DNA of 64,000 bases from Candidatus Magasanikiibacteriota bacterium (GCA_963802255.1 CAWDHY010000001.1:491842-555841), one strand, 5' to 3'; positions 37,683 through 48,471 are shown, counted from the stretch's first letter. Numbers and translations: made by a program. Notes: generated by a model from the sequence alone, not told the origin.

Positions 37683-38714
37683 TTATTCAACATCCAGCGG
37701 ATTGTGTATTTTTGATATATACCAATTCACATCAGCTTTTCGGCGCTCAGCATCGATCATCACTGCGTATTTTGGCAGGCTGAAAAATATATGTCTTGCT
37801 TTAACTTTTTCTACATCAACCATTTTTCCGTTCGCGTCCGCTTCTTTTTCAGTCGTTTTATCCTCTAACAAAATAATGTGATAGCCCTCGGGTGATTCTA
37901 CAAGCTCCTGACTAATTTCACCTTTTTCCATTGAGAAAACCGCCTGTTCAAATTGCGGCACCATCTCTCCTTTTGCGAACCAGCCGAGATCACCACCCTT
38001 CAGGGCGGTCGCGTCTTCTCCATATTTCGTGGCCATTTCTTCAAAATTGGCACCAGCCAAAATCTGGGCCAGTACCGATTCGGCTAAAGCAATTTTTTCT
38101 TCACGCAATTTGGTTCCCATTTCAATATATTCATACAATTTCCCCTGTATGATATACGGTCTGATGACATTATTTTCATACTCTTGGAAAGTCCAGCCGT
38201 AGCGGGCCAATATTTCCTGTTCGGCTGTCGCCTGATCCGCAAAATTCGAAAGCAACTGCTCTTTAATATTCGCCACATCAGTTTCCAAAACGGATAAATT
38301 ATATTTCTTTGCCAAATCATCCACAATTACATTATCTATCAGCCGGTTGACTACATTATCTGACAATTCAACCTCGGTTAATCCGGCCATATCGCCCCCA
38401 TATTGTTTATCATAATCTTGCAACAGATGGATCGCTCTCATGTCACCGATGTAAGATGAATAAGAAATCACATGGCCATTGACCTTTGCGAGGGGCAATC
38501 TTAACACCGAAGATACTATCTTTGTGGCATTATCAGTAGCTCCCTGAAAATAAACCCGTATTACCCCATAACCGGCAAAAACAATCACGATCAAGCCAAT
38601 TAAACCGAATAAACCATACAGAAATAAGTCGCGATTTTTTCTGCCTTTGTCCGATAATTTACTCCGCTCATTTTTTGGCGCTTCAGTCTGCTCCGTTGTT
38701 GATATATTATCCAT
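37683..38714 (-). CDS. membrane-anchored parvulin-type peptidyl-prolyl isomerase (PrsA/SurA-like)
   Basis: N-terminal TM 'LYGLFGLIGLIVIVFAG'. PpiC domain 'ILAGANFEEMATKYGEDATALKGGDLGWFAKGEMVPQFEQAVFSMEKGEISQELVESPEGYHII'. Confidence 0.75.
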   Translation of the reverse strand: MDNISTTEQTEAPKNERSKLSDKGRKNRDLFLYGLFGLIGLIVIVFAGYGVIRVYFQGATDNATKIVSSVLRLPLAKVNGHVISYSSYIGDMRAIHLLQDYDKQYGGDMAGLTEVELSDNVVNRLIDNVIVDDLAKKYNLSVLETDVANIKEQLLSNFADQATAEQEILARYGWTFQEYENNVIRPYIIQGKLYEYIEMGTKLREEKIALAESVLAQILAGANFEEMATKYGEDATALKGGDLGWFAKGEMVPQFEQAVFSMEKGEISQELVESPEGYHIILLEDKTTEKEADANGKMVDVEKVKARHIFFSLPKYAVMIDAERRKADVNWYISKIHNPLDVE

Positions 38715-38720
38715 ACTAAA

Positions 38721-39119
38721 TTAATTTGCGGTGAAAAAATTCCACCATTTAATAATATTTGAAATGCTGGTTGATTCTACCATTTTGTCATTTTCTTGTC
38801 TACTGTCCGCCAAGCTATCCCCTGAGCCGCTGATAATAGCCACCTGTTCACCCGGTTTAACCATATTAAACTCCATTCGCGCTTTTTTTTCGGCGAAATC
38901 TGAAGATTGAACAAACTTCAGAATCTCCAATGTTTCTATTTTTTTCGTTTCCAAATTGCCGGCTTCCAATTTTAGACGTCCGATTTCCTGTTCTATCTGA
39001 TAATCCTGATAGTATGACCTGATGAAGGCAAAACCGACAAAAAAAATACCTGCCAATAAAATAAATAGGAAAAATTTTGAGTAGAAAAATTGTGACCAGC
39101 CACTATTTCTTTTACTCAT
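38721..39119 (-). CDS. FtsB/DivIC-like septum formation initiator
   Basis: Single TM followed by a coiled coil ('YQIEQEIGRLKLEAGNLETKKIETLEILKF'). Confidence 0.55.
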   Translation of the reverse strand: MSKRNSGWSQFFYSKFFLFILLAGIFFVGFAFIRSYYQDYQIEQEIGRLKLEAGNLETKKIETLEILKFVQSSDFAEKKARMEFNMVKPGEQVAIISGSGDSLADSRQENDKMVESTSISNIIKWWNFFTAN

Positions 39120-39121
39120 AG

Positions 39122-39748
39122 CTATTTACCGTTTTCAAAATTATCAATTTGATTATCAACACGGTTTTTAATTTCAGTTAACTCATTTATACCAAGCGAA
39201 GACAAAACGCGGTAAAAATTATTGATTGCCAGTTGATTGCCGGCCACTTGTCTGCGTTTCATAACCCTTCCGGATATTTCCGTTAATTGATCGGCGAAAA
39301 ATTGCGCTTGGTGCACTCCATGTAGAGTCAGGGCATAAGAATCGCTGAATACATCAATTGTAATGTCGCCATAATCAAAAAAACGAGCGCCAAATCCTTT
39401 TTTATGTACAAAAATATCTTTGATTTCACTAAGAGCGGTGGCAGTGATGGTTTCGTCAAGCAAACCGTGCTTCTCAACATCCACAAGCCGGCGCGTAGTG
39501 ATTACCCAAAAGTTTTTTTTACTGGCGGACCATGCCCTGAAAATTACAATCAAACCAATAAAACCGATTGCTGTAAGCACGATATTTCCGACAACACCAT
39601 TTGCCAGGAGCCAAAAACTGAAAAAGGCTCCTAAAACTAATACGAAAATACCGGTAAAAAAATGCCAAAAATGAAAAAGGGGTGAAGAGTGAATTAATTC
39701 TATTATATCTTCCCCTTCCACTAAACTAATTTTTTTTCTGAGTGACAT
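39122..39748 (-). CDS. membrane protein with bacterial PH (YdbS/YdbT-like) domain
   Basis: Two TM helices then 'NFWVITTRRLVDVEKHGLLDETITATALSEIKDIFVHKKGFGARFFDYGDITI'. The start was moved to 'MSLRKK' (39748) to avoid overlap with the upstream gene. Confidence 0.45.
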   Translation of the reverse strand: MSLRKKISLVEGEDIIELIHSSPLFHFWHFFTGIFVLVLGAFFSFWLLANGVVGNIVLTAIGFIGLIVIFRAWSASKKNFWVITTRRLVDVEKHGLLDETITATALSEIKDIFVHKKGFGARFFDYGDITIDVFSDSYALTLHGVHQAQFFADQLTEISGRVMKRRQVAGNQLAINNFYRVLSSLGINELTEIKNRVDNQIDNFENGK

Positions 39749-41021
39749 ATTTAATTGCTTCGCGGGCGGCCTGCCGGTCGTCCCATGAAATTTTTTTACC
39801 ATTTGATATAGCAATAAACGGTTCCGTACCCTTTGCGGTAATTGCTACCATATCACCCGGCTCGGCAATTTCCATGGCTTTTTGAATGGCGAATTTTCTA
39901 TCGGTTTGAACCAGCAAATTAACACCGTCTTTTTTACCGGTTTTTCTTGCCCCGGACGCAACCATTTCTGCGATATCTGACGGATTCTCATCATAACAAT
40001 TTACGTCAGTAACGATAACTACATCAGCCATTTCACCGGCTATACGGCCCATCTCCTCTCTTTTTTGTATATCCCGCCCTCCACCGTCCGATCCTATAAC
40101 AGAAATGATTTTCCCCTTATCACTGACAAAACGCCTTAAGTTAGAAAATAATTCAGCCAGACTCATTGGTTCATGAGCATAATCAACCACAACTTTGTAC
40201 GGCTGTCCTTCATCCAAAAATTCCATTCTTCCGGCAATACCCCGCACTGACGCGAGCCCGGAAAATATTTTGTCGCTTGTGATTCCCTGCGATTGTGCCA
40301 CAGCTACTGACGCAAGCGCATTATAGACATTGAAGGCTCCGGGAACATTTATTTCATACCTCACACCATCGACCGTAAAAACGGACCGGCCGATAGTAGA
40401 TTCAAGAATTTGTCCCTGTATATTGGCACCTGGTATCTTTATTCCATAAGTAAACTTCTTATCGGCGGAAAATCGTAAGAAATAATCTGAGTTCGCGTCA
40501 TCTGTGTTGGCGATAATAATTTTTTCTATTATTTTACCGTTTATTTCTTTACGACTCTGTTGCATCAGGCGGGCAAAAATTTTACCCTTATCGCGCTTCA
40601 AATTTTCAAACCCCCCATGACGTTCCGAATGTTCAGTGCCCAAATTTGTAAATACTGCAATGTCATAATTCAAACCCACATGCCGGTACTGCAATATCCC
40701 CTCAGATGAAGTTTCAACGACCGCATATTGACATCCTGCTTTCACCATTTCGCGCAGCATTTTTTGTATCTGGCCGCGGCCAAGCATCGTCATTTTTTTA
40801 TCATTAGACCACCTTTTGTCACCAATTTGGAATTCAACGGTGGAAAGCATACCAACTTTGTAACCGGCAGCTTCCAAAACCGAGGAAATAAAACGAGAGG
40901 CGGAAGATTTGCCTTTCGTGCCGGTTACACCGATAATAATCATTTTTTTAGACGGTCTTCCGTATAAGAAATATGAAAACCAGGCAAGTTTCCAATGGTA
41001 TAGTTTCTTAAACCAATTCAT
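39726..41021 (-). CDS. Mur ligase family protein lacking an N-terminal substrate domain (MurT/CapB/FolC-like)
   Basis: P-loop 'IGVTGTKGKSS' near the N-terminus. Central and C-terminal Mur-ligase domains ('DYAHEPMSLAELFSNL', 'ISVIGSDGGGRD'). Confidence 0.5.
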   Translation of the reverse strand: MNWFKKLYHWKLAWFSYFLYGRPSKKMIIIGVTGTKGKSSASRFISSVLEAAGYKVGMLSTVEFQIGDKRWSNDKKMTMLGRGQIQKMLREMVKAGCQYAVVETSSEGILQYRHVGLNYDIAVFTNLGTEHSERHGGFENLKRDKGKIFARLMQQSRKEINGKIIEKIIIANTDDANSDYFLRFSADKKFTYGIKIPGANIQGQILESTIGRSVFTVDGVRYEINVPGAFNVYNALASVAVAQSQGITSDKIFSGLASVRGIAGRMEFLDEGQPYKVVVDYAHEPMSLAELFSNLRRFVSDKGKIISVIGSDGGGRDIQKREEMGRIAGEMADVVIVTDVNCYDENPSDIAEMVASGARKTGKKDGVNLLVQTDRKFAIQKAMEIAEPGDMVAITAKGTEPFIAISNGKKISWDDRQAAREAIKYVTQKKN

Positions 41022-41025
41022 AATT

Positions 41026-41631
41026 TTATTGCCTTTTTAAACTTACCTCGTAAACAACTTGCTCCAATTTATGCAATGCCTGTTTGGCTTGATCAAATTT
41101 CTGACGGTTATAGCCAGTCAGATCCATGTCTACAAGCTCTGTAATTATTTGTTCTGCGATTTCATAGCAATCTGTTACTCGTTCAAATTTTTTCTCGGTA
41201 GCGCATTTTATCGCATAACGATATAATTCTCCAGGCACATCACAAAGACCACTGATATACATATCGGCGGCAACATCCATTCCTGTAACTTCACCAAGCA
41301 GGTCTTTGTCTAATGCTTGCCTGACTAAATCAGCTTCAACAAACTCTTCAAGCGCCGCTTTATATGATCCTTCACCGGACAACCTTTCATCAGATTTGAT
41401 GATTTCATCGGCTTCAGAAAGTTTTATTCTGGCCTGAGACAGTAAACCCTCAGCAGCCGTCATATCATCTCTGACAAGGGCAAAAATCGCCTTCTTGGAC
41501 TGCTGCTGGGCATCCCCCGATATTTTAATAATTTCCCGCCTTTTTTCCGCATAATTTAGCAATACAGAGCGTATATTTGAAAAATATTTTTTGTCTAACA
41601 TAAAATAAAATAATAATGATTTATCCACCAT
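41026..41631 (-). CDS. translin-like all-helical protein (tentative)
   Basis: 'DMYISGLCDVPGELYRYAI' resembles the translin 'G-x-x-D-x-x-GEL-x-R-x-A' motif. About 200 aa. Confidence 0.3.
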   Translation of the reverse strand: MVDKSLLFYFMLDKKYFSNIRSVLLNYAEKRREIIKISGDAQQQSKKAIFALVRDDMTAAEGLLSQARIKLSEADEIIKSDERLSGEGSYKAALEEFVEADLVRQALDKDLLGEVTGMDVAADMYISGLCDVPGELYRYAIKCATEKKFERVTDCYEIAEQIITELVDMDLTGYNRQKFDQAKQALHKLEQVVYEVSLKRQ

Positions 41632-41702
41632 TTTCAGATCCCCCCTTGATTTTTTTGTAAATATATTATATCATTTGCCAAGTGTTATGTCTATTGGCCC
41701 GG

Positions 41703-41777
<75 letters not shown>

Positions 41778-41816
41778 AATCCCTCTTTATGGGGGTATTT
41801 TTGTTTTTGGCTCGGA

Positions 41817-42027
41817 GCGACCAAACTGCTTTGGTCGCAACTGGGATGAGGACGCCGGAGCGATGTCGCGCGACGCAGGATGGCGAACGCGACCGCGAGG
41901 CGGTGGCTAGACAAAATTTTCGGAAGAAAATTTTAGTCGAAGCCGAATCTTTACCCGCTTTGAGTGGCCAGCCGGGTCACAACACTAAAAATTGCCCTTT
42001 TAGGGCTCTTTTTTTATGTTTAAATTC
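41817..42027 (+). repeat. tRNA-linked GC-rich structured element, copy B
   Basis: Same architecture as copy A. Hairpin 1 'GCGACCAAActgcTTTGGTCGC' with compensatory changes. Cores 'ACGCCGGAGCGATG' and 'CGCGAGGCGGTGGC'. Hairpin 2 'GTCGCG...CGCGAC'. Identical GGAA hairpin and 'GTCGAAGCCGAATC'. Ends with 'CCAGCCGGGTCACA', a duplicate of the tRNA-Lys 3' end, plus terminator 'GCCCTttttaGGGCtcttttttt'. Confidence 0.6.
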
Positions 42028-42100
42028 TGTATTGCAATATTCCATGAATCTGTTAGTATAGCCACGGTTCATTTTACATAAATAAAAGGGGGCGACAATT

Positions 42101-42907
42101 TTGGAAAACTCACATGATAAATTGCAACTGGAAGAATTGACAAAATCATTGTCTCGGCGTGCCAGTTCGGGCGACGTAAAAGCCAGAAAGGAATTGATTG
42201 AATTTCATCTGTCATTGGCAAGGTATTATGGCAATAAATACGCCCGTTTTCATCCGCATGAACGCGCCGATATTGAACAATGCGCATATGTCGGACTTTG
42301 TCGGGCGGTAGACGGATACGACCCTGAAGCCAACAACGCCTTTAGTACATACGCCGTTTGGTTGATAAAAAGTGAAATTCGCGCATATTTAAGAGGGTTG
42401 TCGGTCGTCCGTGTTAATCAGGGAGACAGAACTAAATTAAACGTAATAGAACGCTACGTTAGAAATTATCGGCAAAAAAATCATGATAATCCTTCGGATA
42501 ACGAAATCGCTATCGGGACCGGCATTAAAGTAAGTCTGATTCCTGAAATCCTTGCAGTCCGCGAGGCTTCTGCGGAATGTTCGCGTATTCCGCTTGATAA
42601 TCCGGATTTGCCATCTAAGCTGTCACCTCTGCATGACTGTGAAAATGCGATATATTCCGAAGCTAACGCCATTGCCAGACGAGTACTCAAAATTACTCAG
42701 GTACTGCTTATATTAAATGATAATGAGCGTAGAGTAATTATTGAACGATTTGAACTGGCCGGGCATCATAATTGCTCGCGGCGTCAACTAGCCAAAGAAT
42801 TCGGATGCAGTCAGAAACATATTGAGGCAATTGAGCAAAGAGCTCTCCAAAAAATACGAAAGTTCATTACACATATTAATCGTGAACGAGAGAAAAATTA
42901 CTTCTAA
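42101..42907 (+). CDS. sigma-70 family RNA polymerase sigma factor (alternative, group 3-like)
   Basis: Region 2 'LARYYGNKYARFHPHERADIEQCAYVGLCRAVDGYDP...FSTYAVWLIKSEI'. Region 4 HTH 'RRQLAKEFGCSQKHIEAIEQRALQKIRKF'. Confidence 0.7.
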   Translation: MENSHDKLQLEELTKSLSRRASSGDVKARKELIEFHLSLARYYGNKYARFHPHERADIEQCAYVGLCRAVDGYDPEANNAFSTYAVWLIKSEIRAYLRGLSVVRVNQGDRTKLNVIERYVRNYRQKNHDNPSDNEIAIGTGIKVSLIPEILAVREASAECSRIPLDNPDLPSKLSPLHDCENAIYSEANAIARRVLKITQVLLILNDNERRVIIERFELAGHHNCSRRQLAKEFGCSQKHIEAIEQRALQKIRKFITHINREREKNYF

Positions 42908-42985
42908 CGCGCTTACCGGCATGTTCCGCTAGGCGCGTTTTTTTATCTTGTAATAATTCTCGGCCTCTGTTAAAATCCGTTTATT

Positions 42986-44186
42986 ATGAAATTTTCAATT
43001 GTTACACTCGGATGCAAACTGAACCAAGCGGAATCTGACGAAATTAAAAATGAATTGATTAAGCTTGGCCATATATTTGTACCGTTTCACACGACTGCGG
43101 ATATTGTAATTATCCGCGCCTGTGCGGTTACAATGAATGCAAGCCAGACAGCGCGCGAACTGATACGCCAAGCTAAAAAGCAAGGCTCTTTTGTGATCGT
43201 CGGCGGATGTCTGGAAAACCGTGATTTACCGGAAATTGATTATATTGCGCAAACGGCCGGTGATATTGTGAAAAAAATCGATTTGCTGGATTACCGCCTG
43301 CGCGGGAATGATAATAGGGCCGCCAAAAGTCAATACCCGAATGCACTTGTGCCAAACCGCACCCGCGCTCTTATAAAAATTCAAACTGGATGTAATTTTA
43401 ATTGCGCCTATTGTATCATCCCCTTTTTCCGCGGAAAATCGAAAAGTGTTCCGGTAAAAAATATTATTAAAAAAATCATAAAAGCCGAAAAAGAAAATTT
43501 TAAAGAGATTACCCTGACTGGTGTAAATATTTGCCTATATCGATCGGGGAAAACAAATTTAGCCGGACTTTTAAAAAAAATACTGAGCCATACAAAAATA
43601 GAGCGCATTCGTATCGGCTCTCTGGATCCCCGCCTTATACCATCCGACCTTATTTCAATATTTGATAACTCCGAGATTAATGCCGCATTGGCATCTGTCA
43701 TTGCAGTCCGGATCTGACGGTGTATTGACGCGTATGAAGCGGGGCTATACGACGAAAAATTTTTTTAGCTTGATTAAAATTGCACGCGCACATTACCCGT
43801 TATTTTCTTTTACAACCGATATTATTACGGGCTTTCCCGGCGAGACTGAAAAGGAATTCAATGAGACATTTTTATTTGTAAAAAAGGTGGGTTTTACGAA
43901 AGTTCATGTCTTTCCTTATTCCAAACGACCAAATACAATGGCTGAGCAATTGAAGGAACAGGTACAGGATAAAATAAAAAAAGAGCGCGTAAAGCGTCTG
44001 ATAAGACTGTCTGAATCAATAGCCAAAAAATACGAATCAAAACTAAAAGGTAAAATACGTCCTGTATTATTTGAACAAAAAAAAGACGGTTATTGGATCG
44101 GCTTCACACCTGAATATACCAGAGCAAGGTATCGTTCGGATAAAAATTTAAAAAATAAAATAATTAAAATAAAAATAGACCCCTAG
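42986..44186 (+). pseudogene. MiaB/MtaB-family radical-SAM tRNA methylthiotransferase, split by a +1 frameshift near 43670-43690
   Basis: Frame A (42986..43717) has the MTTase N-domain 'TLGCKLNQAESDEI' and 'TGCNFNCAYCIIP'. Frame B (43662..44186) continues 'LMPHWHLSLQSGSDGVLTRMKRGYT' plus a TRAM-like end. Neither piece is a complete enzyme. Confidence 0.7.
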
Positions 44187-44194
44187 TAATGGGC

Positions 44195-45268
44195 CTATTT
44201 TTTTACAGTCATTTTGATTATTTCAACAATTTTTTCCGGTTGAGCCGCCGGTAATGAATTGTGTAAAACCCGGCCGATTGCTTCACGTTTTATCGGATCG
44301 TGCGCCAAATCATTTATTTTTACGGCTAATTCAGCGCCACCGGCACAACGTTCATCAATCAGGAGCACAGCCCCGGCTTTTGCCAGAGGTTCGGCATTTT
44401 TTTCCTGATGTGTATCAGAAATAGGCATTAATATTACAGCTTTTGACAAATATGCAAGTTCTGTAAGCGTAGCAAATCCGGCGCGGGAAAATACTATATC
44501 CGCGGCATTTAACGCGTAAATCATTTCTTCATTTAAAAAACGATACGTCTTGTAATTCGGATAATTTTTTGTTGCCTTTTCATTTTTTTCAGCGCTGCGT
44601 TCCGGACCGACGATGTGGATAATATGCCAAGACCGGTTAATATCAGGTAGCATGTCAAAAACCATTTCGTTCAATTTATACGCTCCCGTACCGCCTCCTA
44701 CGGCAAGGATCACCGGCTCGTTATCATAAATAGCAAAAAATTCTTTTGATTTTCCGATATCCGCCCAAACATCCCGGCAAGGATTGCCGATCCACTCTGT
44801 TTTATTTTCATCAAAATATTTAATACTATCTTCAAGAGCCACTGTTATTTTTAAGGCCGTTCTGGCCATCAATTTGTTGGCTAATCCGGGCAATACATCT
44901 TGCTGGTGCACCCACGTTGGAATACCCAAAAACCAGGCCGCCCAATGAAGAGGAACGCTGACAAATCCACCAGCTGATATGAGCAAATCCGGCGCTTCCT
45001 TTTTTAAAATGGATATTGATTCAAAAAAAGCCAGAATTATTCTGAATATATCAAACAAATTGACAAACGAAAAATATCTGCGGAATTTACCCGACCTAAT
45101 CGGCATAAACTTAATTCCGGCCGACTCCACCACCCGCTTCTCCGGTCCGCTTTTTGTGCCTATCCATAAAAATTCGCAATGAAAATTGCGAATTTTACAT
45201 GCATTAGCAACCGCTAAAAGAGTTGTAACCGGCCCAAGCGTTCCGCCGCCTGATAAAATAATTTTCAT
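44195..45268 (-). CDS. murG: undecaprenyldiphospho-muramoylpentapeptide beta-N-acetylglucosaminyltransferase
   Basis: 'GGFVSVPLHWAAWFLGIPTWVHQQDVLPGLANKL' and the N-terminal G-rich loop 'LSGGGTLGPV'. GT28 MurG architecture. Confidence 0.75.
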   Translation of the reverse strand: MKIILSGGGTLGPVTTLLAVANACKIRNFHCEFLWIGTKSGPEKRVVESAGIKFMPIRSGKFRRYFSFVNLFDIFRIILAFFESISILKKEAPDLLISAGGFVSVPLHWAAWFLGIPTWVHQQDVLPGLANKLMARTALKITVALEDSIKYFDENKTEWIGNPCRDVWADIGKSKEFFAIYDNEPVILAVGGGTGAYKLNEMVFDMLPDINRSWHIIHIVGPERSAEKNEKATKNYPNYKTYRFLNEEMIYALNAADIVFSRAGFATLTELAYLSKAVILMPISDTHQEKNAEPLAKAGAVLLIDERCAGGAELAVKINDLAHDPIKREAIGRVLHNSLPAAQPEKIVEIIKMTVKK

Positions 45269-45269
45269 T

Positions 45270-46589
45270 TTAATAATCTCTCAGCTTTTGAACTATATTC
45301 ATGTCCTTAATTTTTTCCAGCGCTTTCGCCTCGATCTGGCGAATGCGCTCACGCGTCACGCCAAATTCTTGTCCAACTTCTTCAAGAGTATGTGTTACAC
45401 CATCGGTTAGGCCAAAACGCATTTCCAGAATTTTTTGTTCACGAGCCGACAAATCTTTAATTGCTTCCTTCACATAGTCACGTAAAATCTGCAAACCTGC
45501 CGCACGGTCCGGAGAAACATTTTTTACGTCTTCGATGAAATCCTGAAGCGACGAATCATCATCATCGTCGCCGACTGACACTTCCAACGATACAGTATCC
45601 TGAGAAATTTTTATAATGTGATTGATTTTGTCCACTTCCTCGCCCATCTCAGCCGCCAATTCTTCAGGCGTCGGGTCTCTTCCCAAATCCTGCAATAGCC
45701 GGCGCTGAATCTGCTGGAAGCGATTTATTGTTTCAACCATATGCACAGGAATACGGATGGTCCGAGATTGGTCGGCCAGAGCTCTGGTTATCGCCTGGCG
45801 AATCCACCATGTGGCATAGGTGGAAAACTTATAACCCTTTCTATAGTCAAATTTTTTAACCGCCCTAAATAAACCAATATTGCCTTCCTGTATCAAATCC
45901 AGAAGAGATAATGTTTTTCCGACGAATTTTTTAGCAATTGAAACGACCAGGCGCAGATTGGCCTCAATCAGTTTACATTCAGCGGCCCGGTCGCCTTTTT
46001 CTTTTCGTTTTGCCAGTGAGACTTCTTCTTCTCCTTTTAGCAATGGAATTTTACCAATTTCCCGCAAATACATTTGGATTGAATCGGATGAAATCTGCCC
46101 CAAATCAAAAGGCACATCCATATCCGGCTGTTCACCCTGGAAACCTTTTAATACTTCTTTCCTCTCGGCATGGGAACCAAGCAATCCGTTTTGGCTTTCA
46201 ACCAATGTCACTCCGTTTTTTTCAAGTAAATCAAGAAAGCCCTCGTAAAGATCCAAGTATCTTTCAGGACGGTTAAAAATGCTCAACATTTCAATTTCAG
46301 TAATAAACCCTCTTACGCGCCCTTTATCTATTAAATGCCAAACTCGGTCATCGGACGGTTCAACGACCTCTTCAATGATAATGGCTTGTTTAATTTTTTT
46401 TAAATGTTTTTTTGGTTTAGCGGTGACTTTCGATTTCTTCACGACTTTCTTTTTAACCGGTTTTTTAACTGATTTTTTTACCTGTTTTTTTAAAATTCTT
46501 TTTTTGGCTGATTTGCCTTTCTTCAAAACGGCCTTCTGGGACGTTTTGCGGGCAGTCGCCTTCTTGATTGTCCTCTTTTTCTGGGACAT
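45270..46589 (-). CDS. rpoD: primary RNA polymerase sigma factor RpoD with Lys-rich N-terminal extension
   Basis: Region 1.2 '[16 protein letters not shown]'. Region 2.4 '[13 protein letters not shown]'. Region 4.2 '[24 protein letters not shown]'. The N-terminal roughly 75 aa are '[12 protein letters not shown]...[11 protein letters not shown]'. Confidence 0.9.
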   Translation of the reverse strand: MSQKKRTIKKATARKTSQKAVLKKGKSAKKRILKKQVKKSVKKPVKKKVVKKSKVTAKPKKHLKKIKQAIIIEEVVEPSDDRVWHLIDKGRVRGFITEIEMLSIFNRPERYLDLYEGFLDLLEKNGVTLVESQNGLLGSHAERKEVLKGFQGEQPDMDVPFDLGQISSDSIQMYLREIGKIPLLKGEEEVSLAKRKEKGDRAAECKLIEANLRLVVSIAKKFVGKTLSLLDLIQEGNIGLFRAVKKFDYRKGYKFSTYATWWIRQAITRALADQSRTIRIPVHMVETINRFQQIQRRLLQDLGRDPTPEELAAEMGEEVDKINHIIKISQDTVSLEVSVGDDDDDSSLQDFIEDVKNVSPDRAAGLQILRDYVKEAIKDLSAREQKILEMRFGLTDGVTHTLEEVGQEFGVTRERIRQIEAKALEKIKDMNIVQKLRDY

Positions 46590-46595
46590 AAATTA

Positions 46596-48401
46596 TTATT
46601 TTGTTAAATCCATTATTTGTTTAAGCAGTTCATTTTCCCGCTTGCCATCTCCTAAATTTTGAACTGCCTTTAATTCGCGCGCCAGTTCATCGCGCCGATT
46701 TTTAATTCGCATTTTTTCGATTTCGCCGATAATCAATACCGCTTCTTTTTCACAGTCTTCGTCGCTCAAATCCGCATAATCTTTTTGCGACTGCATATAA
46801 AGAATGTCCACGATATTTTCTCCTGATGCATTATTTAACTTAAAATCACCAAGCGACAGCCGGATGTTACTATTATATTGCTTTTCCATAAAATCGTAAA
46901 GGGTGCTATAGATGGTGTCTGCAAAATATTCCGGTTTTATATACGCATGCAAAGCAGTAAAAATTGCAGGATGGCCGACTAACAAAGCGCAAATTTTTTG
47001 ACGCAAAAGGTCTGTCCGTTGTCCTCCAACGAAGCTCACTTCCTGATTTTTTGGCATTATCACCGCAGATGACGAAACCGGTTCGCGTATATTTCTCTTT
47101 ATTTTCCGCAATTCTTCCAGTAATATCGCGGTATCAGCGCCAAGAATCTCCGACATTTTTTTAATCCACGCCTCGCGCTCAACTGCAAAAGGAATCTTTG
47201 CGATTTCAGTTAAAAGAGCATCGGCCGATCTCTGTTTAATTTTTGGGTCGCTGAGATTAGCATCTTTCAAAATATTAGAAAAATACCATTCCATTATTCC
47301 GGTCGCTTCATTTACTGATTTAAACCAGACATCAGGATTCTTCTTAAGACATTCGTCAGCATCTTTTCCCGCGCCTTCCGGTATATTTATGACTTTTATG
47401 TTTAACCCGGCTAACAACGCCACATCAATCCCTCTCTTGGCGGCATTTTGACCGGCGCTATCCGCATCAAAAGCCATAGCAATATTATTTGTATATCGTT
47501 TTATCAGGTGAACCTGTTCATCAGTCAAAGCAGTGCCGGAGGCGGCGATCACATTTTTCATTCCCGCTTCATGACAGGCAATCACGTCCATTTGTCCTTC
47601 CACAAGTACAGCCAGATCTTTCATCTTAATTTCCTGCTTGGCTTTATTTAGACCATATATTAGCCTGGACTTATCATAAACTATGGTTTGCGGAGTATTC
47701 ACATATTTACCCCCTGAATTTTCGGTTTCAACGAGAATTCTCCCTGTAAAACCGGCGATATTACCATGGACATCATGTATTGGAAACATTATTCTTCCAC
47801 GAAATCTGTCATAATAACTTTTTCGCTCGTCATTTTTAACGGTTAATCCGGATGCTACTAAGTCATCAATACCAAAACCCTTCTTGATAAGATACTGGGT
47901 TAGAAGTTCCCATTGGTCCGGAATAAAGCCAATCTGCCAATCTATTAGTGCTTCATTTTTTAGTGCCCGTTCTTTCAATAAATACTCTCTTGCCTGGGCA
48001 GCCGAAGACATCTCCGTTAAAAAGTGATGAAAAAAATACGCGGCTTTTGAATTTATTTCGTAAATTCTATTTTTTTGACTCTTGTTAATCTCATTATACT
48101 GGCTTGATTCAATTTTAATTCCTGCCCGGTCCGCCAATAATTTCAATGTTTCCGAAAAATCAAGCCCTTCCATTTCCTGAACAAATGTAAAAATATCTCC
48201 ACCCTTGCCACAACCAAAACAATGCCAGATTTGCTTTTCCGGATGCACCATAAATGATGGTGTTTTCTCATGATGGAACGGGCACGGCGCCTTCCAATTT
48301 GCACCCGCTTTTTTTAGGGGAAGATATTCCTGAATCAACTGAACTATATCAACCCGGTCTTTGATTGCCTGTGTATCCGCCATAACAATTAAAACAGCCA
48401 A
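46596..48401 (-). CDS. dnaG: DNA primase
   Basis: Zn ribbon 'CPFHHEKTPSFMVHPEKQIWHCFGCGKGGD' and TOPRIM 'LVEGQMDVIACHEAG'. Confidence 0.9.
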   Translation of the reverse strand: MAVLIVMADTQAIKDRVDIVQLIQEYLPLKKAGANWKAPCPFHHEKTPSFMVHPEKQIWHCFGCGKGGDIFTFVQEMEGLDFSETLKLLADRAGIKIESSQYNEINKSQKNRIYEINSKAAYFFHHFLTEMSSAAQAREYLLKERALKNEALIDWQIGFIPDQWELLTQYLIKKGFGIDDLVASGLTVKNDERKSYYDRFRGRIMFPIHDVHGNIAGFTGRILVETENSGGKYVNTPQTIVYDKSRLIYGLNKAKQEIKMKDLAVLVEGQMDVIACHEAGMKNVIAASGTALTDEQVHLIKRYTNNIAMAFDADSAGQNAAKRGIDVALLAGLNIKVINIPEGAGKDADECLKKNPDVWFKSVNEATGIMEWYFSNILKDANLSDPKIKQRSADALLTEIAKIPFAVEREAWIKKMSEILGADTAILLEELRKIKRNIREPVSSSAVIMPKNQEVSFVGGQRTDLLRQKICALLVGHPAIFTALHAYIKPEYFADTIYSTLYDFMEKQYNSNIRLSLGDFKLNNASGENIVDILYMQSQKDYADLSDEDCEKEAVLIIGEIEKMRIKNRRDELARELKAVQNLGDGKRENELLKQIMDLTK

Positions 48402-48471
48402 GCAACTGGCTTTTTAAGTAAGTTTGTACGGTTGAATATTATCATTGCGACGCTTTGTTTGCAAGCTGGGT

